Source of the DNA: Chiloscyllium plagiosum
Taxonomy: Eukaryota
DNA: 64,000 bases
NCBI RefSeq assembly: GCF_004010195.1
Contig: NC_057711.1
Location: 77,598,925 to 77,662,924, forward strand
Direction: 5' to 3'
Part shown: positions 26,720-39,180 of the stretch, piece by piece
How the letters are laid out: each line of letters begins with the position of its first letter
Numbering within the stretch: position 1 is the stretch's first letter
Notes under the pieces: generated by a model
Database searches by the model: none
What the model was told of the DNA's origin: nothing
The model's input: only the letters and a program-made list of their open reading frames with translations
Made by a program: the position numbers and the translations under genes

Positions 26720-26754
26720 CACTAGCTTTCGGAGCGCTGCTCCTTCATCAGATG
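26720..26754 (-). ncRNA. Minimal type-I hammerhead ribozyme motif (family B)
   Basis: CAU CUGAUGA A GGAGC-AGC-GCUCC GAAA GCUA GUG. Confidence 0.75.
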
Positions 26755-26844
26755 GTTGTGGAGTACACAATTGTAAGATACAGAATTTACAGCAAACGTT
26801 TACAGCGTATGTATTCTGTGTCTTACAATTATGTACTCCACAAC

Positions 26845-26879
26845 CACCTGATGAAGGAGCAATGCTCCGAAAGCTAGTG
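26845..26879 (+). ncRNA. Minimal type-I hammerhead ribozyme motif (family B)
   Basis: CAC CUGAUGA A GGAGC-AAU-GCUCC GAAA GCUA GUG; helix I CAC/GUG; palindromic AGCU in helix III. Confidence 0.8.
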
Positions 26880-27628
26880 CTTCCAATTAAACCTGTTGGA
26901 CTATAACCTGGTGTTGTGTGACCTTTAACTTCGTACACCCCAGTCCAACACCGGCACCTCCTAATCTTGTCCAGATAACACTCTCTTAAACTTGCATCAT
27001 TGTGAAATGAATATTATTTTACCAAACCTTTATTAAGTTATGCATTGTGATATTTCACATGCTGCTGCAGCTGCTTGTAGTTTCTTCTGCTCAGAGAACT
27101 GCTGTCAAAGTATGTCACACTTGTCAGCTTTGCGCCACTCTCACATATTCACCATAACTCATCAGCTACCAAACTGTGACACCTTGCCATTCAACTACAC
27201 TTAGGTTGACCTATGCTTTTGCTGCCCATTACTTTGCATTTTAAAAGAGACCTCTGTAGCTTTTCAGTTCTGATCAAGTGGCAGTAGTACTGACATTTTT
27301 TTCTAGGTTGATCTGTGTAAGACATTTTCAGTACACCTCTTGGCATTCATATTTCAAAGGCCTTATTTTATCCACAGATTTTTAAAGATCCATTTTATTT
27401 ATTTGTTCAGGGGTATTGCATCATGGGCTAGGCCAGTTTTTATTGCCAATCCCTAATTCACCCGGAGATGATGACGAGCTGCCTTATTGAACACTACAGT
27501 TGAAATAACATTAGAGTGCTGTTAGAAAATGAGTATCCACGTTTCTAAAGCATACAGGTAGGTAAAGAGAATGTAGCATCAAATGAGTTGTTTTCCTTGT
27601 GTTAAGCTTGAGGTTTGTTATCATTACT

Positions 27629-27723
27629 GACTGAAAATGTGTTGCTGGTAAAGCACAGCAGGTCAGGCAGCATCCAAGGAACAGGAGAATCGACGTTTCG
27701 GGCATAAGCCCTTCATCAGGAAT
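27629..27723 (-). mobile_element. Family A short element, single arm, intact hammerhead core (27688-27723)
   Basis: AUUC CUGAUGA A GGGC-UUAU-GCCC GAAA CGUC GAUU; possible short TSD atcatta. Confidence 0.8.
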
Positions 27724-27989
27724 CATTAGCACATCTTTCATATTCAGAATGTAACTCTAGTTCTATCCTTCTTCTGACTTCAGCATCACTCCAATCTTTC
27801 ATTATCATTCATCCTAAATAGACATAAAGAGAACAAATGCATTAATGGAGGTTTTTTTTTAGTGTTTTTGCATATTCTTCCTTTTCCATGGGATTACTGA
27901 ATACAAGCACTTGGAACTTAAAATCTTTCAGTTTAATGAGAGTGCAATTGTGTAATTGCAACTATATTTTGGAAACATTGTGCATTTTA

Positions 27990-28710
27990 TTTATACAAAT
28001 ATTCACACCACACCAATGCCAAGCACTCACAGTATCCTTTAAGGGAGAATCTAACCATTTCCCTAGTATCAGCATCCTGGAGGTTACCATTGACCAGAAA
28101 CTGAACTGGACTAGCCATTAAACACTGTGGTGACAAGAACAGGTCAGAGACTAGGAGTATTGCACCAAAACTGTATCTCCAAAGCACAAGTCAGGAATGG
28201 GCTGGAATGTTCTCCACTTAGCTGGATGACTGTAACTCCAGGAACCCTATTCAAGAAACTTGACACCGTTCAGAGCAAAGAAGCTCACTTGTTTGGCACC
28301 ACAGTCATTCACTCCATCACCAATGTTCAATAGCAGCAGTGTGTCATTCTACGAGATGCATTGCACAGATTCACCAAGGATCCTTAGAGAGCACTTTCCA
28401 AACCCAGAACCCCTACCATCTAGAAGGAGAAGGGCAGCAAATTCATGGGAACGCCACCAATCTCCTTCCGAGTGACATACCATCCTGACTTGGAATATTG
28501 CCGGTTTTTTTCAGAGTTGCTGTGTCAATCTTCTGGATCACCCAGCCCCACCATCCACACTGCCCCCTCCCTCACCCAATGGCATTGCGGTCTCCCAAAG
28601 CAGATAAACAATAACATGTGGTTCACCATCACCTTCCAAACAACATTTAAGATCATCAACAAATGCTGGTCCAGCCAAAAATGGCCAAATTCTATCAATG
28701 AATTTATAAA
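27990..28710 (+). mobile_element. LINE (CR1/L2 group) 3' fragment
   Basis: TIDQKLNWTSH, KAQVRNGLECSPLSW. Confidence 0.7.
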
Positions 28711-28863
28711 ATTATAAAACGCTATTGAAGTTTATGATGGGAAAATACTTTGTAAATATATTAACAAATCTAACATGTTTGCTTTTTAATCAGTGAATGG
28801 TTTGTTGCCTTTTGTTTTTTCCCTCATGAACCTTGAACGTCTGTCCAATATTAGCTCTTCATT

Positions 28864-28880
28864 TGCTGCCATCTAGTGGC
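28864..28880 (-). promoter_or_regulatory. Candidate CTCF-binding site
   Basis: GCCACTAGATGGCAGCA on minus strand matches the CTCF core consensus; lies in non-repeat sequence. Confidence 0.55.
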
Positions 28881-30540
28881 TGAGTAAAATAAGATCAACA
28901 CCATAGAACAACTGTTTGTTTTACACAAATAGTTGGGGGGGGGGGCGGGGGGAGAGACAAGCACGTCCCATCTGCACCAGAGGTGTGTATTAACATCTCT
29001 GAATGAATTGATTAAGTTTTTGTTTACCCATTGATCGAGAGGCATATAGGTGAACATAATACTCACATAATGAGAAAGTGCAATAGGTTTATTCAATTTT
29101 TATGTATTTCAGGTCTAGTAGAATACATTGATATTAAGTTTTAATAAAATTAAAATATATTTATCAACTTAAAAGAAAATTCTTAAAAATATCAAATCCT
29201 CTTTGTTTTTCATTTGAAATGCACTCAATACAATGATTATTCCAAATTTTGATTTTTTTCTCCCTAAAAATTGTGCTTTATTCATTTCAGTAAAGTAACA
29301 GGTGGGCTGCTCAGAACAAAACCAAACATATTTTAGTGCCGTCAGCTTTTTTAAAAAAAGCTGCGCTCTATCATTTGTAAAATCTTTATATTTTCTTTTA
29401 TTCTTTCATGGAACGTGAGCTTCACTGGCTGAGCCAGAATTTATTGCCAATCTTTAATTGTTCTTGAGAAAGTGATAACAAGTCTCTTTCTTGAACAGTG
29501 TAGGTATATCCACAGTGCTGGTATAAAGGGATTTCCAGGTTTTTGATCCAGTGGCTGTGAAGGAACATCAACATTGTTCAGTCAAAACGGCATATGTTTG
29601 CAGGGGAATTTGTAAGTGGTGAGATTCTCAAGCATCTCTGCCTATGCCCTTCTTGGTAGTAGAGGTTGTAATTTTGAATGGTGTTGAAGGACCCTTGGTG
29701 AATTGTTGCAATGCATCTTAATGATGGTACGCACTGCAGCCACTGTGTACTAGTAGTGGTGGAAGCGAATATTGAAGGTAATGGATGAAATGCATTAGGT
29801 TGCTTTATCCTGAATGGTGTTCAGCTAATTTGTTTTGTCTTGACTTGTGCCTTGAGAATGGTGGAGAGGCTTTGGGGTTTCACCCACAGCAGATTTCCCA
29901 GCATTTGAGCTGTTTTTCTAGCCACAATATTCATATGTAAAGTCCAGTTGTGTTCAGTGGATACCACAAGATGTTGATGGTGGGGGATTCAGTGGCAGCA
30001 ATGCTATAGAGTATTAAGGGAAGATTGCTGGATTTTCATTTGTTCAAGGTGGTCTTGAATTGGCGCTTGTCTGGCATTAACATTACTTGCCGCATTTTTC
30101 ACCTACGACTAGATGTTGTCTAGGTTTTTCTGCATATGGACGTGAACTCCTTCAGTACCTGAGGAATTCAGAACGTTTCTGAACATCCCAACTCTCATCA
30201 GATGAAGTCATTGATGAAGCAATTAAAGATGCTTAGGCCTAGTACATTACCCTGAGAGACTACTGCAGATAGTTCTGAAATGTTTGACCTCCAACATCAT
30301 AACCATCATCAGTTATGCTAAGAGTGACTTAAACCATCGTAGAGTTTCCTATTGATTTGGATTAGTTCCAGCTTTACTCAGGTTTTTTTGATTCCACAGT
30401 AGGTCAAGTACTATCTTAATGCCAAGCGCAGTCACTTTCACCTCATCTTGAGTTCAGCTTTTTTTGCCTATTTTGGATCAAAGCTATAATGACATCAGGA
30501 TCTGAGGGACCTTGACCTGAGGGACACTGAGCATCAGTGA

Positions 30541-31641
30541 TGTGGAGGTGCTGGTGTTGGACTGGGATGGACAAAGTTAAAAATGACACAACACAAAATT
30601 ATAGTTCAACTGGTTATTTGGAAGTTCTAGCTTGAAGAAGCAATGCTCCTGCATCAGGTAACAAGCAGGACAGGATTATTAGGCAGAGAATTTATAGCAA
30701 AATATCACAGTGTTATGCAATTAAAATGGTATATTGAACAAACCTAGATTGCAGTTAAGTCTTTCATCTCTTAAAATTGGTTGCAAGTTTTGGTTCATTA
30801 ATATGTAAATTCCAGAACTTCTTTTAAGTCACATTCTTGAGATAACAACGAGAATCAAAAAGGTGACACGCGGCTCAGACAACGGATTAAAAGGTGTGAG
30901 GTTAGAGTCTGTCTGTATCCCAATCTTGAATCAGACTGGTTCTAAAGTAAGAATTTATAACGTGATATGGATTGACTGCCTGCAGTTTGTGTGCTTTTCG
31001 AGCAAAAATAGAATTCATCTGCAAATGCAAATTCACCCCATAGACTTATATGTGCCTGTTTGTGCGAGAGTGAGTGAGTGAGTGAGTATGTACATGTAAT
31101 AGCACACAAACACACTCTCTCCCTCCCTCACATGCACACACACACACACACATATATATTAGTCTATGGGGTGAATTTACATTTGCAGAATTGTATTTAC
31201 AGATACATTCTATTTTTGCTCAAAAGCGGACAATCTGCGGGCAGTCAATCCATATAAATTCCTACTTTGGAAAAAGAACCAGTCTGACTCGAGACTGGGA
31301 TACACAGACTCTAACCTCACACCTGTAACATTGTCTGAGCTGAGATGTCACTTTTTTTAAATATAACCTTAAGTTATATTGAGAATGTGACTGGAAAGAA
31401 GTTCTGGGATTTATAAATTAATGAACCAAAATCTGCAACCCATTCTAAAAGATGACAGACTTAACAGTAATCTAGGTTTGTTCAATGTACCATTTTAATT
31501 GCATGATATTGAGATCTTTTGCTATAAATTCTGTGTCTTATGATCCTGCCCCCTAATTACTTGAAGGAGCAGCACTCTGAAAGCTAGTACTTGCAAATAA
31601 ACCTGTTGGATTATAACCTGTTGTTGTATGATGCTGAACTT
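30541..31641. mobile_element. Long (1.1 kb) family B fold-back element, older, with degenerate hammerheads
   Basis: TSD tgagcatcagtga at 30528-30540 and 31642-31654; about 480-nt inverted arms around a GT/CA-rich spacer; termini match 26669-26965. Confidence 0.85.
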
Positions 31642-31899
31642 TGAGCATCAGTGAGTAAGTTAGTACTGAATAATTGCTCCTTGGTAGCACCATCAATCAC
31701 TTTGATTGAATGTTGATTAATGGGCTGGTAATTGGTTGGGTTGATTTGGCCTTTTTTTTGCATGTTGGACAAACCTGGTTAATTTTTCACATTATCAGGT
31801 AAATGTCACTGTGCACACACAGCTTGGCAAGAGGCACAATAAATCCTGGACCATAATTTGGCATTTGGCTGGCTTTTGTTGAGATTGTTGAATATTTGT

Positions 31900-33230
31900 A
31901 CCCTGACTAGCTCTCTTGTACTCAACTCTGGTAATGGTTTAACGGTCTTGATGAAATAACATTTGACTTGCTGTGATTTTGCTTTGATTTTTCTTCACTC
32001 ACGTATATTACTAGTTCTGACTTCAGTAAGTTTTGTTTTACTAATAGAAGAGTAGTTTGTGTGCTGTGTGAGATAAGGTTTATAGTAGACTACTTGCTAT
32101 GCCTTCAAAATGTGTGTTACTCCACTTGAAGCTGTGTGAGATTTGCTCAATTTCTTTATGACTCCTTTGATGATTTTCATTTCCACCTCAAGTTGACGAT
32201 GTGGCTGGGGATAGTATGGCAATGATATGTTGCATTGAATTTCCCAACCTTTCTTGAAGTAACTTAATTCTTCACTCATGAACCTGGGGCAATTGTCACT
32301 CCTGACAATGTTGGGAATGCCATAAAAACTGAACTCTGCTTAAAGGCATTCGACAATCACAGCATGCTCAAGTACTTTAAGATGATATTCTCCTGCAAGA
32401 CATCCTAGCAGTCTGTATACATCTTTATACTCATCTAGGATATATTCCATGGTCAATAATTTAGTGTGCTGTGATGCATTACAAGTTTCTTTGCACATTC
32501 TCCCAGTGTCTGTGTGGGTTTCCTCCGGGTGCTCCGGTTTCCTCCCACAAATCCAAAAATATGCAGGCCAGGTGAATTGGCTATGCTAAATTGCCCATAG
32601 TGTTAGGTGCATTAGTCAGAGGGAAATGGATCTATGTTACTCTTCGGAGGGTCGGTGTGGACTTGTTGGGCTGAAGGGCCTGTTTCCATACTGTAGGGGA
32701 ATCTAAACTCTAAACTCTTTTGGCAAGTTGAGGTTACCAGTCTGGGATTTAGACTTGCTCCAGCTGAGGTGGGTGGCATTTGCTTGCTTCTTATAATGTG
32801 GGACTCCAAATCCTCATTCATGTGTTTCAATAGGCTTGCAGATGCATAAGTATAGGACCACCATATGGCCTTAACCTTACTTTTGAGGGCTTCCATTTCT
32901 TTTTGGATTGCCTTTTTACGCAGGTCTGTGAATGTCAGGAGGTTGCTTGATGCACCAGTGTCTATCTGACATTTTATGTTGACCTGATGTTCTCCTTTTG
33001 TGGACTTCCTGACAACAGCCACAAACTAGGTCTCACCTATCACTTGACTAAACCAATTTGTTATATGCTACATAGTGATTCGCTAGAATTTTCATCTGTT
33101 ATCTTTTGAGTAGCTAGCTGTACTCCCTTGTTGCCAGACACTTGTTGGCAAAATGATTCAGCTTTCCCTATTTTAGACATGCCTTCTTCTCTTTTGCATG
33201 ATATCTTCCATAATATTTCCACTCTGTGTT
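31900..33230 (-). mobile_element. Ty3/Gypsy LTR retrotransposon internal remnant (protease, integrase)
   Basis: IKCQIDTGASSNLL aspartic protease motif; integrase-like SDNCPRFMSEELSYF..WEI..NISLPYYPQ. Confidence 0.7.
32490..32717 (+). mobile_element. HE1-type V-SINE, 5'-truncated
   Basis: V-domain and tail homologous to 16336-16658. Confidence 0.8.
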
Positions 33231-34124
33231 TGTGAGAGACATTGTTTGTAAGGTATGATGCTGAAATTACTACCATGTCAGGCTGCTGCTTGTCTAGTCT
33301 ATGGGACAGCTCTCCCAGTTTTGGCACATCCTCAGAATTAGAAAGGAGGTTTCACAAGCTCAACAGAGCTGGGTGTGTCATTGTCATTTTTGATATCTAG
33401 GTCAATGCTTGGCCGTCCTTCTAGTTTCATTCTTTTTACAAGAATGGTTTGTGCAATTTCAGGAGGCATTTAAGAATCAACCATATTGTATTTAGGTGTA
33501 CCGCAGGGCAAAAAACAAAGATTGTGGCATCATCCTTTTACAAATTGTGAGCTGTTCACTTAAAAGTATATCTTTCCCATCTTTAATGTTTCTAGTAGTT
33601 TAGGCCCTAAGTAAGCAATCACAAATTACTTAATGGGATACTAAGGTAATGCTTCGAGCAGAAAGTCTTTCTTTAGTTATTATAGTGATAGTGTTAATGT
33701 AGTTAAAGTATGTTAAGCATCTCAATGTAATAGCAAAGCCAATGTTATTGTTTACTAAAGATGACTAAGTCTTGCGACTTCTGGGAAGAATTTGCCAATG
33801 CCACTAAAAACTGTAGCTATGAATTCTCTTATTTTCAGGTGAATTGTTAGATCTTTCCAAGAGTAATCTTCCCTAATCTCAATGTTTCCACTTTTTCCTC
33901 TTGAAATGCTGATTCTTGGTGAAATGCATTTCTGAGGAGACCAACAGATCTCTGATAACTTGTCAAGTTGGTCTTTGTTCATCCCTGAATTTTAGAATTA
34001 GAATTAGATTTTAATGTCAGGTGTACTCAAGTATAGGAATACAGGAGTACTGTGAAAAATGTACAAAGTCACCATTCTATGGCACCACCTTAAATACAAA
34101 ATACAAAACCAGAATTTAAATAAA

Positions 34125-34465
34125 AGCATAGGATAAATAGACAAAGTCTTTTCCCTGGGGTCGGGGAGTCCAGAACTAGAGGACATAGGTTTAGGGTGAG
34201 AGGGGAAAGATATAAAAGAGACCTAAGGGGCAACTTTTTCACGCAGAGGGTGGTACGTGTATGGAATGAGCTGCCAGAGGATGTGGTAGAGGCTGGTACA
34301 ATTGCAACATTTAAGAGGCATTTGGATGGATATATGAATAGAAAGGGTTTGGAGGATATGGGCCGGGTGCTGGCAGGTGGGACTAGATTGGGTTGGGATA
34401 TCTGGTTGGCATGGACAGGTTGGACCGAAGGGTCTGTTTCCATGCTGTACATCTCTATGACTCTA
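34125..34465 (+). mobile_element. CR1 LINE 3' fragment
   Basis: RGNFFTQRVVRVWNELPEDVVEAGTI; ctctatgactcta tail. Confidence 0.9.
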
Positions 34466-34896
34466 AAAGAAGAAATAAAAGAAACAGAACAAAAAGAAGT
34501 CCAGATCTTAAAGTCCTTATCCAAAGAAAAGGAAAAAAAGTCAGATTTTAAAGTCTTATTTCCCAAGCCTAGCCCTGGCCTGGATTTGATCAACCTTCTC
34601 CTGGAACATGCTCCACCAATCACCTTTGCTACCATTGATTTAGACTGTTAAGTATAGTAGGTTTACAACCAAAGTTAATGTTTGCCGACACTTATTTCTT
34701 ACAGACATCACTAAATAACAGTGTGAAATGGGAGCTCTTAATGTCTTTTTTGTTCTCAAATCCAGGTGGGGTGAAACCCATTTCACTATTCATTTGGTTC
34801 ACATTTTCTCTACAACCCGTTCACAGATTGGTGGGACCTGAACACAAGCCTCTTGGCTCAGAAGTCTATTCTTTTTTAAAGAACTATTAGTTTTAG

Positions 34897-37236
34897 CAAA
34901 TTTTGAGAAGATTTGTACCTCAGGTTGAGGTTTTGGATGTAGGTTTGCTTGCCGAGCTGTAAAGTTCATTTCCAGACGTTTCGTTACCCTACTAGGTAAC
35001 ATCTTCAGTGGGCCTCAGGCAAAGTTGAAAATTCCTGCTTTCTATTTATATGTTTGAGTTTCTTTGGGTTGGTGATGTTATTTCCTGTGATGAAGTCACT
35101 TCCTGTTCCTTTTCTCAGGGGTGGTAGATAGGGTCTAACTCGATGTGTTTGTTGACGATGTGTTTGTTGATAGAGTTCCAGTTGGAATGCCATGCTTCTA
35201 GGAATTCTCGTGCGTGTCTGTCTGGCTTGTCCTAGGATGGATGTATTGTCCCAGTCGAAGTGGTGTCCTTCCTCATCCATATGTGAGGATACTAGTGAGA
35301 AAGGGTCATTTCTTTTTGTGGCTATGGTGTTCACGTATCCTGGTGGCTAGTTTTCTGCCTGTTTTTCCAATGTTACAGTCCTTGCATGGTATTTTGTAAA
35401 TGACGTTAATTTTGCTCATTGTCTGTATAAGGTCTTTCAAGTTGATTAGCTGCTGTTTTAGTGTGTTGGAGGGTTTGCGGGCTACCATGATGCCAAGGGG
35501 TCGGAGTAGTCTGGCAGTCATTTTCAAGATGTCTTTGATGTAGGGGAGAGTGGCTAGGGTTTCTGTACATTTTTTGTCTGCTTTTTTGAGTTTGTTGCTG
35601 AGAAATTGGCGGACTGTGTTCATTGGGTACCTATTCTTTTTTAATACACGGTATAGGTGATTTTCCTCTGCTCTGCGTAGTTCCTCTGTGCTGCAGTATG
35701 TATTGGCTCGTTGAAATTATGTTCTGATGCAGCTTCGTTTGTGGGTGTTGGGATGATTGCTTCTGTAGTTCAATATTTGGTCTATGTGTTGTTTTTATGT
35801 AGACGCTGTTTTGAAGTTCCCCATTGGCTGTTCGCTCTCCTGTGACATCTAGGAATGGCAGTTCGTTGGTGTTTTCCCTCCTCTTTAGTGAATTCTATGC
35901 CAGTAAGGGTATAATTGATGGTCTTGAAGGTTACCTCTAACTTGTTTCATTTAGTGATGACAAAGGTGTCATCCACAGAGCTGACCCAGAGTTTGGGTTG
36001 GATAGTTGGCAGAGCTGTTTGCTCAAGTCTCTGCATTACCGCCTCTGCTAAGAACCCAGATATCGGAGATCCCATGGGTGTTCCATTGATTTGTCTGTAG
36101 GTTATGTTGTTGAAGCGGAAGTGGGTGGTAAGGCATAGACCCACTAGCTTGATGATATTATCCTTGTTGATGAAGTTAGTGGTGTTTGGTGTATGTGTCT
36201 TTGGGTCTTCTAATAGTGTAGTCAGTGTTTCCTTGGCCAGGTTAATGTTGATTGAAGTAAACAGGGCTTTTACATCAAAGGAGGTCATTATTTCATCCTC
36301 TTCTATCTTAGTGTCTTTGATGGTCTTCGGGAATTCTTGGGTGGAGTGGATGGAGGTGCGTGAGCCTTCTACTAAGTCTTTTGTTGACCAATCTGTAAGT
36401 TGGTGTTCCAGGTAGCGAGACTATGGGTCTGAGGGGGACTCCTGGTTTGTGAATTTTGGGTAATCTATAGAAGCGTGGTGTGTTGGATCCATCTGGTTTC
36501 ATTTTTTGGAAGTTGGTCTTATTTACTTGTTCAGATTTCTGAAGTTTTTTGAGTAGGTCTGCGATTCGGTTCTCTAGTTATGGGGTCGGGTCAATCGCCA
36601 CATGTTGTTCAGTGTTGGTATCTATAGTGCGTTTGGTTTTTCAATGTAGTCTCTTCGATTTAGAATGACTGTCAAGCGTCCTTTGTCTGCAGGTAGAATA
36701 ACAATGTTTTTATCTTTTTTTAAAGTCTTTCCGGTGCTTTCCTTTCTTGTGTATTGAGTGCGTTTCCTTCCTTTTTTCTGCTTAATGTAGGTGCGACTAC
36801 CTAAAAGCCCTGTTTACTTCAATCAACATTAACCTGGCCAAGGAAACACTGACTACACTATTAGAAGACCCAAAGACACATACACCAAACACCACTAACT
36901 TCATCAACAAGGTTTGTTGGGTTTCTTCTGTGAGTTGGTTGTCTTTCAGTGTTGTTTCTAATGCTGCTAAGAAATATTTCTTGGCCGCATCCTGGCAGTT
37001 ATACTTTTATCCTCTTCCTAAGACAACTTTTTCAGTGTCTGTTAAGGGTCAGTCAGATAAGTTTTTTATTCATGCTTCTGTGTTGTCATTGTTGTTACTT
37101 TGTGTAAGTTTGTCTCATTTTTTCTGCAGGTCCATTTTTTTCATTTTCTGTGTTTGTTGCTGTCTAATATCTATGGCTTGTTGTACTGTGTCTGTCCATT
37201 CATGGTCTGTTGCATGACTGAGTAAAGATTTTTGAG
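34897..37236 (-). mobile_element. Penelope-like element (RT + GIY-YIG endonuclease + 3' pseudo-LTR), decayed
   Basis: PRFYRLPKIHKPGVPLRPIVS, SFDVKALFTSI, GTPMGSPIS, VDDTFV, VIYKIPCKDC..IGKTGRKLATRIREH; possible TSD attagttt(t)ag. Confidence 0.9.
34972..35011 (-). ncRNA. Minimal type-I hammerhead ribozyme in the Penelope pseudo-LTR
   Basis: CCA CUGAAGA U GUUACC-UAGUAG-GGUAAC GAAA CGUC UGG; on the coding strand, downstream of GIY-YIG. Confidence 0.85.
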
Positions 37237-38789
37237 ATTAGTTTAGTTAATTGATTAAACACTAATTAAGAGCCTAATCTAAGAGCCTGCTAAATTATGC
37301 AACTGAATATCATATGAGCTAATCACTTAACTATTGAACCACTGGTAGCTTAAATGTAAAACATTTAGAAGACCTGTCGATTTGACTTATAGGGGAAATA
37401 TGAAAATATCAGAATCTATCCCGACAAAAAAAAATTTAAAGAGAAAATATTTCAGTTATCTTTATATATGATGAAAGCTGTTCCAAACAGATCATTTGCA
37501 GACTTTTGTCATCAAACAATATTGTTTGGGTGTAAATGTACTATCAAGCTAATTCGAGGACAGAGATAGCGCAATCAAATATGTACTCTGCAAGTTATAA
37601 ATAATATTGTAGGTGGACTAGTTTCAGTTTAGCAATGCTTTCATGTGGACAAATTGATGTATAGGTCTCCTCCAGAGCCCAGTGGAACAAAAACAAAAAC
37701 ATAAAAAAATGAACTGTTTGTGAATACAGCTATACTTTGAAACTGCCTTGACCAACATACTTAATGACTTATTCAGTACAGTTCCATCACTACTATTTCT
37801 GTCTGTCATTTCTCATGGCATTTTTAAAATTAAGTTGTGAACTTTTGTAGTAACATTTTTTTGCTAAAAAAGGTAACTTTTGGATTATAAAGTGCAAGTC
37901 AGTTGAACTGAAAGAATGCCCAACAGTGAAAAATAAAATGATAATACCTACAAACGAATGCCTAAAAAGGTTTGAGAAAAAAGTAACAAAGCATGCTTAT
38001 GTGTAACATCAATTTGTCACAAAGGAAAAGAATACAGAGAACCACAATGGAATCAATTCAAAAGCAGGTCCAAAAATGCCATGTTCTAATCTGAATAGAT
38101 AAAATCTGCATCATTTCACAGAATTGTTTCATTTGTAGAATCTTCAACCTTGAATAGTGTTTGTAAAGTGTATTTATCTCTTGCATCATTGCTTGTTGTG
38201 TGGATTTTATAGAGTCATAGAATCACAGCATGGAAACAAACTCTTCAGTCTAATTTGTCTGCTCCGACTAGACATCCCAATCTGACCTAGCCCCATTTGT
38301 CAGCATTTGGCCCATATCCCTCTAAACCCTGCCTAATCATATACACATCCAGATGCCTTTTAAATGTTGTAATTGTAGCTGCTTCTATCACTTCCTCTGA
38401 CAGCTTGTTCCATACACTCACCACCCTTAGTCTGAAAGTTATCCTTCAGGTTTTAAAAAAATCTTTCCCCTTTCACCTTTGGACAAGGGAGTCAAGGAAA
38501 AAGACTTTGGTTATTAACCCTATCCATGTCCACCATGATTTTATAAAACTCTAGAAGGTCACTCCCCAGCTCCAATGCTCCCTGTAAAGCTTTTCTGCAC
38601 CTTCTCATATTTAACAACATCCTTCCTATAGAAGGCCGACCAGACTTGATCACGGTATTCCAAAAGTGACCTTACCAATGGTCTGTACACCTGCAACATA
38701 ACGCCATGACTCTTGTACTCTATCCTCTAACCAATGAAGGCAAGCATGGCAAATACTTTTTCACCAGTCTGTCTACCTGTGACTCCAGG

Positions 38790-39180
38790 TTTAGGTTGAG
38801 AGTGCTAGGCCTTTTCTAATTGGAACGGCGAAGGATGAGGGGTGACTTGATAGAGGTTTATAAGATCAGGGGAATAGATAGACAGTCAGAGACTTTTTCC
38901 CCAGGTATAACAGAGTGTTACAAGGGGACATAAATTTAAGATGAAGGGTGGAAGGTATAGCGGGGGGAATGTCAGGGGTAGGTTCTTTACCCAGAGAGTG
39001 GTGGGGGCATGGAATGCGCTGCCTGTGGGAGTAGCAGAGTCAGAATCATTGGTGACCTTTAAGTGGCAATTGGATAGGTACATGGATAGGTGCTTAAGCT
39101 AGGACAAATGTTCGGCACAACATCGGGGGCCGAAGGGCCTGTTCTGTGCTGTATTGTTCTATATTCTATGTTCTATGTTC
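38790..39180 (+). mobile_element. CR1 3' fragment inserted in the opposite orientation
   Basis: RFFTQRVVGAWNALP; (TTCTATG)n-like tail. Confidence 0.85.

Larger units (their letters stand above)
26669..26965. mobile_element. Family B Penelope-type fold-back element with two hammerheads
   Basis: TSD ctt(a/g)tccagataa at 26656-26668 and 26966-26978; long inverted arms. Confidence 0.85.
29395..33500 (-). mobile_element. Degraded LINE (CR1/L2 group) interrupted by later insertions
   Basis: 3' tail at 29395-29470; endonuclease-like PKLGELSHRLDKQQPDMVVISASYL at 33230-33327; interrupted at 30541-31641 and about 31870-33230. Confidence 0.6.

Noticed and set aside
33755..33986. 75-aa minus-strand ORF with an apparent splice acceptor
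   Set aside because: The acceptor overlaps the microsatellite tail of an adjacent repeat; no recognisable domain or donor
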